From an uncultured cyanobacterium (GTDB lineage Bacteria; Cyanobacteriota; Cyanobacteriia; Cyanobacteriales; Nostocaceae), in assembly GCA_963706595.1 (NCBI GenBank), contig OY970166.1, positions 352,001 through 416,000 of the forward strand: a stretch of DNA of 64,000 nt. Direction: 5' to 3'. Of the stretch, positions 60,865 to 64,000 are shown in pieces. The stretch's first letter is position 1, and each line of letters opens with the position of its first letter. The position numbers were made by a program, and so were the translations under genes. The notes under the pieces were generated by a model, which saw only the letters and a program-made list of their open reading frames with translations, had not been told where the DNA came from and did not search any database.

Positions 60865-62118
60865 ATGACTAAACCAGTTGATATTCTGATTCTCTCGAAT
60901 GGACCCGGTGAGGTGACAACCTGGGTGCGTCCTGTTGTTAAGGCTTTACGGCAAGAACTGGGGGATGATCCTACTGTGGTGAGGATTTCTGTGGTTTTGT
61001 CTCCTTGTCCCAATGCTACGGGTAAGGAAGGGGCGATCGCTCTTTCATATCCAGAAGTTGACAGGGTACAATCAGCAGAGCATTTTTGGCAGTTTCTCCT
61101 GTGGGGTAAGACTTTTGAGAATTGGGAATGGCGCGATCGCGGTGTGGTAGTCTTCTTAGGTGGTGATCAAATTTTTCCCGTAGTCATTGGCAAAAAACTG
61201 GGATATCGCACAGTGGTTTACGCTGAATGGGATGCTCGTTGGCATAATTTGATTGACCGTTTTGGCGTAATGCAGGCTAAAGTTGCAGAAAAGGTTTCTC
61301 CAAAGTTTGCTCACAAATTTACGGTTGTGGGGGATTTGATGCTTGAGGTTTCAGAGGTTTCAGACGCTATGGATAAAGACGCGATGAATCGCGTCTCTAC
61401 AAGTGAAATAATTGGTTTACTTCCGGGGTCGAAAGCTGCAAAATTATCCCAAGGTGTACCATTATCTTTGGCTATTGCTGAATATATTCACGCAAAAAGA
61501 CCCGAAATCAGATTTGTGATTCCCGTTGCGCCGACGTTGGATTTACAAACTTTAGCGAGTTTTGCCGATGCACAGAAAAACCCTTTTGTCAATATATTTG
61601 GAGGGGTGTCGGCGACTTTAGTTGAATCTGAGTATCCAATGCTGAAAACTGAAACGGGTTTGTGTTTGGAATTGTGCAGAGAAAATCCCGCCCACGAATT
61701 ATTATCTCAATGTACTATCTGTTTAACCACCGTAGGCGCAAACACGGCTGAACTCGGTGCTTTAGCTGTGCCGATGATTGTTTTAATACCTACTCAACAA
61801 CTTGATGCGATGCGTTCTTGGGATGGTTTACCGGGATTATTAGCTAATTTACCTGGGGTGGGTTCTAGCTTTGCTAAGGTAATTAACTCGCTGGTGTTGA
61901 GTCGCAAAGGTTTATTAGCATGGCCGAATATCTGGGCGAAGGAGGAGATTGTACCAGAATTAGTGGGCAAACTACAGCCGCAAGAGGTTGCAGAAATGGT
62001 TTTGGACTTTTTGGATCATCCAGAAAAATTAGCAGCAATTAGGGCGAAATTACGCAGTGTTAGGGGTGAAAGCGGTGCATCTCAAAAGTTAGCAGGTTTA
62101 GTGCGTGATGTTTTGTAA
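60865..62118 (+). CDS. Lipid-A-disaccharide synthase-related glycosyltransferase (LpxB-like)
   Basis: ILSNGPGE, LLPGSK, GANTAEL, AWPN...IVPEL. Confidence 0.78.
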   Translation: MTKPVDILILSNGPGEVTTWVRPVVKALRQELGDDPTVVRISVVLSPCPNATGKEGAIALSYPEVDRVQSAEHFWQFLLWGKTFENWEWRDRGVVVFLGGDQIFPVVIGKKLGYRTVVYAEWDARWHNLIDRFGVMQAKVAEKVSPKFAHKFTVVGDLMLEVSEVSDAMDKDAMNRVSTSEIIGLLPGSKAAKLSQGVPLSLAIAEYIHAKRPEIRFVIPVAPTLDLQTLASFADAQKNPFVNIFGGVSATLVESEYPMLKTETGLCLELCRENPAHELLSQCTICLTTVGANTAELGALAVPMIVLIPTQQLDAMRSWDGLPGLLANLPGVGSSFAKVINSLVLSRKGLLAWPNIWAKEEIVPELVGKLQPQEVAEMVLDFLDHPEKLAAIRAKLRSVRGESGASQKLAGLVRDVL

Positions 62119-62121
62119 ATT

Positions 62122-62400
62122 AGCCCTGGCGACTAGAAGTCGCGGCTACACAGACAAAACCCACCTCCGTGGGTTGAAAAGCGAATTATATTCGCCTAAA
62201 ACTTTCTATTTTTTATCAGCCCTGGCGACTAGAAGTCGCGGCTACACAGACGAAACCCACCTACGTGGGTTGAAAAGCCTTAGTTTGTATTTAGTCCGCG
62301 CAGGCGGACTTTGTTTGTGTAGTAGCGAATTCATTCGCCTAATTTCTATTAGCTACACTAAACCCACCTACGTGGGTTGAAAAGCGAATTCATTCGCCTA
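62122..62400. repeat. 61-bp direct repeats plus partial and inverted copies (REP-like cluster)
   Basis: 62122-62182 and 62218-62278 differ at 2 positions; partial copy 62351-62390. Confidence 0.85.
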
Positions 62401-62427
62401 AAATTGTTAAATCTTTTAATATCGGGT

Positions 62428-62814
62428 TTAATCGGGAAAACTGGCGTTTTGTCGTCCCAGTTCGTAAATCCCGGAAATAATACAAGCCATGATCCCGAAG
62501 CTGATTCCCCAGCTACGCCCTAAGCTAATTTCTATCAGCCAGTTGGATAAAGCGCCAATTACCAGAAAAGGCACAATACTAAATAGGGAAGCATAAAAAG
62601 CGTTTTGGGATTCTCTGGCTTCCCGTGTCTTTTCAAATTCGGTTTGGCTGGTGTAAAGCGATCGCTCGGCAAAATTAAACCACCGATTTAGCTGCTCAAT
62701 GATTTTCTCACGGAGTGACGAAAAAGCGAAGTATAGCGCCAATGACCACACACTCGCACCAGCGATCGCTACTGTGTTTACCTCAAAACGGAAAGGAAAA
62801 ATTTCAGTGATCAT
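62428..62814 (-). CDS. Conserved-type cyanobacterial membrane protein
   Basis: MITEIFPF...LNRWFNFAERSLY...ESQNAFYAS...YELGR; ORF extension to 63012 runs through repeat DNA. Confidence 0.75.
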   Translation of the reverse strand: MITEIFPFRFEVNTVAIAGASVWSLALYFAFSSLREKIIEQLNRWFNFAERSLYTSQTEFEKTREARESQNAFYASLFSIVPFLVIGALSNWLIEISLGRSWGISFGIMACIISGIYELGRQNASFPD

Positions 62815-63117
62815 AGCTTGGGGATGTTCTGCAAATGGTCTTATAAGCAATTTTAAGCATAAACGCTCACGGAATTTCCTTGTCTTGCCAATTCTCTCGG
62901 TCATAGAGTATGGAACCTCACGGAAGAGGCGGGGGAGCAGGGAGCAGGGAGCAGGGGAGAATAGCCAGGGGAGGGGATTTAGGATAGATGAGGGGCGTGC
63001 CACTGCAATCATTTAGCGCATAACAGAATTACAATTTTGGTGATTAGTCCCTGTGGCTAGGGATAAATCAATTAGGCGATCGCTGTACGGAACTGCGATC
63101 GCTTCCCTCACCAAAAT

Positions 63118-63510
63118 TTATTCTTCTTGACCGTTGGTTGGGGCTGATGATTTGCTGAACAGAAACCACCATAGTTCTAGTCCAATTAACGCTATACCAC
63201 CTATAGTTACACCAACTTTTAATCCTAAAGGTTGGTCTATGGCTTCCTGACTTTTCACGTTATGAGAAAAAGCTAACGCAAAACCTAACCCCCTAACCCC
63301 CTTCCCTACAAGGGAAGGGGGAAAATTTAAAGCCTCTCTCCTTGCAGGGGAGAGGTTTGGAGAGGGGTTTTCCAGATCCAGTGAAAAGTCAGCTATGGCT
63401 TGAAATTGCCTAGTTTCCCCTGATGAATGGGTGGGTATTGCTGCTGATGCGGTTCCCATAGACAAACCGAAAGCAGTCAGGCTAGCCCACAGCAGATTTT
63501 TGCTGAACAT
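63118..63510 (-). CDS. Small membrane/secreted protein carrying an in-frame MITE insertion
   Basis: Signal-like N-terminus; C-terminal VTIGGIALIGLELWWFL; follows the P1B ATPase. Confidence 0.75.
   Translation of the reverse strand: MFSKNLLWASLTAFGLSMGTASAAIPTHSSGETRQFQAIADFSLDLENPSPNLSPARREALNFPPSLVGKGVRGLGFALAFSHNVKSQEAIDQPLGLKVGVTIGGIALIGLELWWFLFSKSSAPTNGQEE
63246..63393. mobile_element. 148-bp MITE, copy 2
   Basis: TIRs CCTGACTTTTCAC / GTGAAAAGTCAGC; 8-bp TSD TATGGCTT at 63238-63245 and 63394-63401. Confidence 0.88.
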
Positions 63511-63530
63511 TGGTTAAATTATTGTACGAT

Positions 63531-64000
63531 TCAAGATATGACTTTTGGTTGAAATTTACGCAATCTCAGGGCATTCGTGACTACAGAAACCGAAGACAAA
63601 GCCATTGCAGCACCGGCAAGAATCGGATTTAGCAACCAGCCAAAGAACGGAAACAGAATTCCCGCAGCGATAGGAATGCCAATAACGTTGTAGATAAAGG
63701 CAAAGAACAGGTTTTGGCGGATATTGCGAATGGTCGCCCGGCTGAGTTGAATGGCTGTGATGATTCCTTGTAAGTCTCCCGAAATCAGTGTAATATCGCT
63801 AGCGGCGATCGCCACGTCTGTTCCTGTACCAATAGCAATTCCCACATCTGCTTGTGCGAGTGCAGGCGCATCATTAATCCCATCGCCTACCATGGCCACA
63901 ATTTTAGCTTGACCCTTTTCACTTTGCAGAGATTGAATCATCGCCGCTTTTTGGTCTGGGCGCACCTCTGCAAATATTCGCTGGATGCCAACTTGTTGCG
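63531..64000 (-). CDS. P1B-type heavy-metal (Cu) ATPase, C-terminal part (PacS-like); 5' end outside window
   Basis: [32 protein letters not shown]. Confidence 0.88.
   Translation of the reverse strand, partial: QQVGIQRIFAEVRPDQKAAMIQSLQSEKGQAKIVAMVGDGINDAPALAQADVGIAIGTGTDVAIAASDITLISGDLQGIITAIQLSRATIRNIRQNLFFAFIYNVIGIPIAAGILFPFFGWLLNPILAGAAMALSSVSVVTNALRLRKFQPKVIS

Noticed and set aside
62122..62400. Mini-CRISPR or the 91-aa ORF 62105-62380
   Set aside because: 61-bp units with partial and inverted copies fit REP-like repeats; the ORF is just the translated repeat

Overview
Chromosomal segment of a filamentous, probably heterocyst-forming (Nostocales-type) cyanobacterium, inferred from frequent HIP1 GCGATCGC octamers, heptameric STRR-type repeats, xisH/xisI and a cox3-like oxidase operon. 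Housekeeping genes include pyrF, tyrS, folD, crtE, ycf54, pdxJ, chlH, two P1B heavy-metal ATPases, a family-4 UDG and a frameshifted PBP1A. Accessory material: (i) an ISAzo13-family IS nested inside a ~109-bp MITE-like repeat; (ii) an IS607 element whose TnpB has the rearranged RuvC signature of Fanzor2/pro-Fanzor nucleases. Its tnpB frame appears to overlap all of tnpA, and a single missing base fuses the two in this assembly. It inserted at a GG in the last pyrF codon, so a TAM and guide can be predicted; (iii) a 148-bp MITE with 8-bp target duplication (156 nt, 52 codons), found twice as an in-frame peptide insertion in unrelated genes; (iv) a 1948-aa nested multi-phosphatase RTX protein followed by a decayed duplicate of its tail; (v) a 47-54 kb defence/TA island with a PIN TA, a type II R-M pair with frameshifted methylase, orphan antitoxins, xisHI, twin Uma2 genes and an uncharacterised candidate HEPN-HicB(RHH) fusion; (vi) many short dispersed repeats, including 21/24-nt insertions into HIP1. 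Several small indels may be assembly errors. I found no rRNA, tRNA or CRISPR array. All family assignments come from motif recognition, not database searches.
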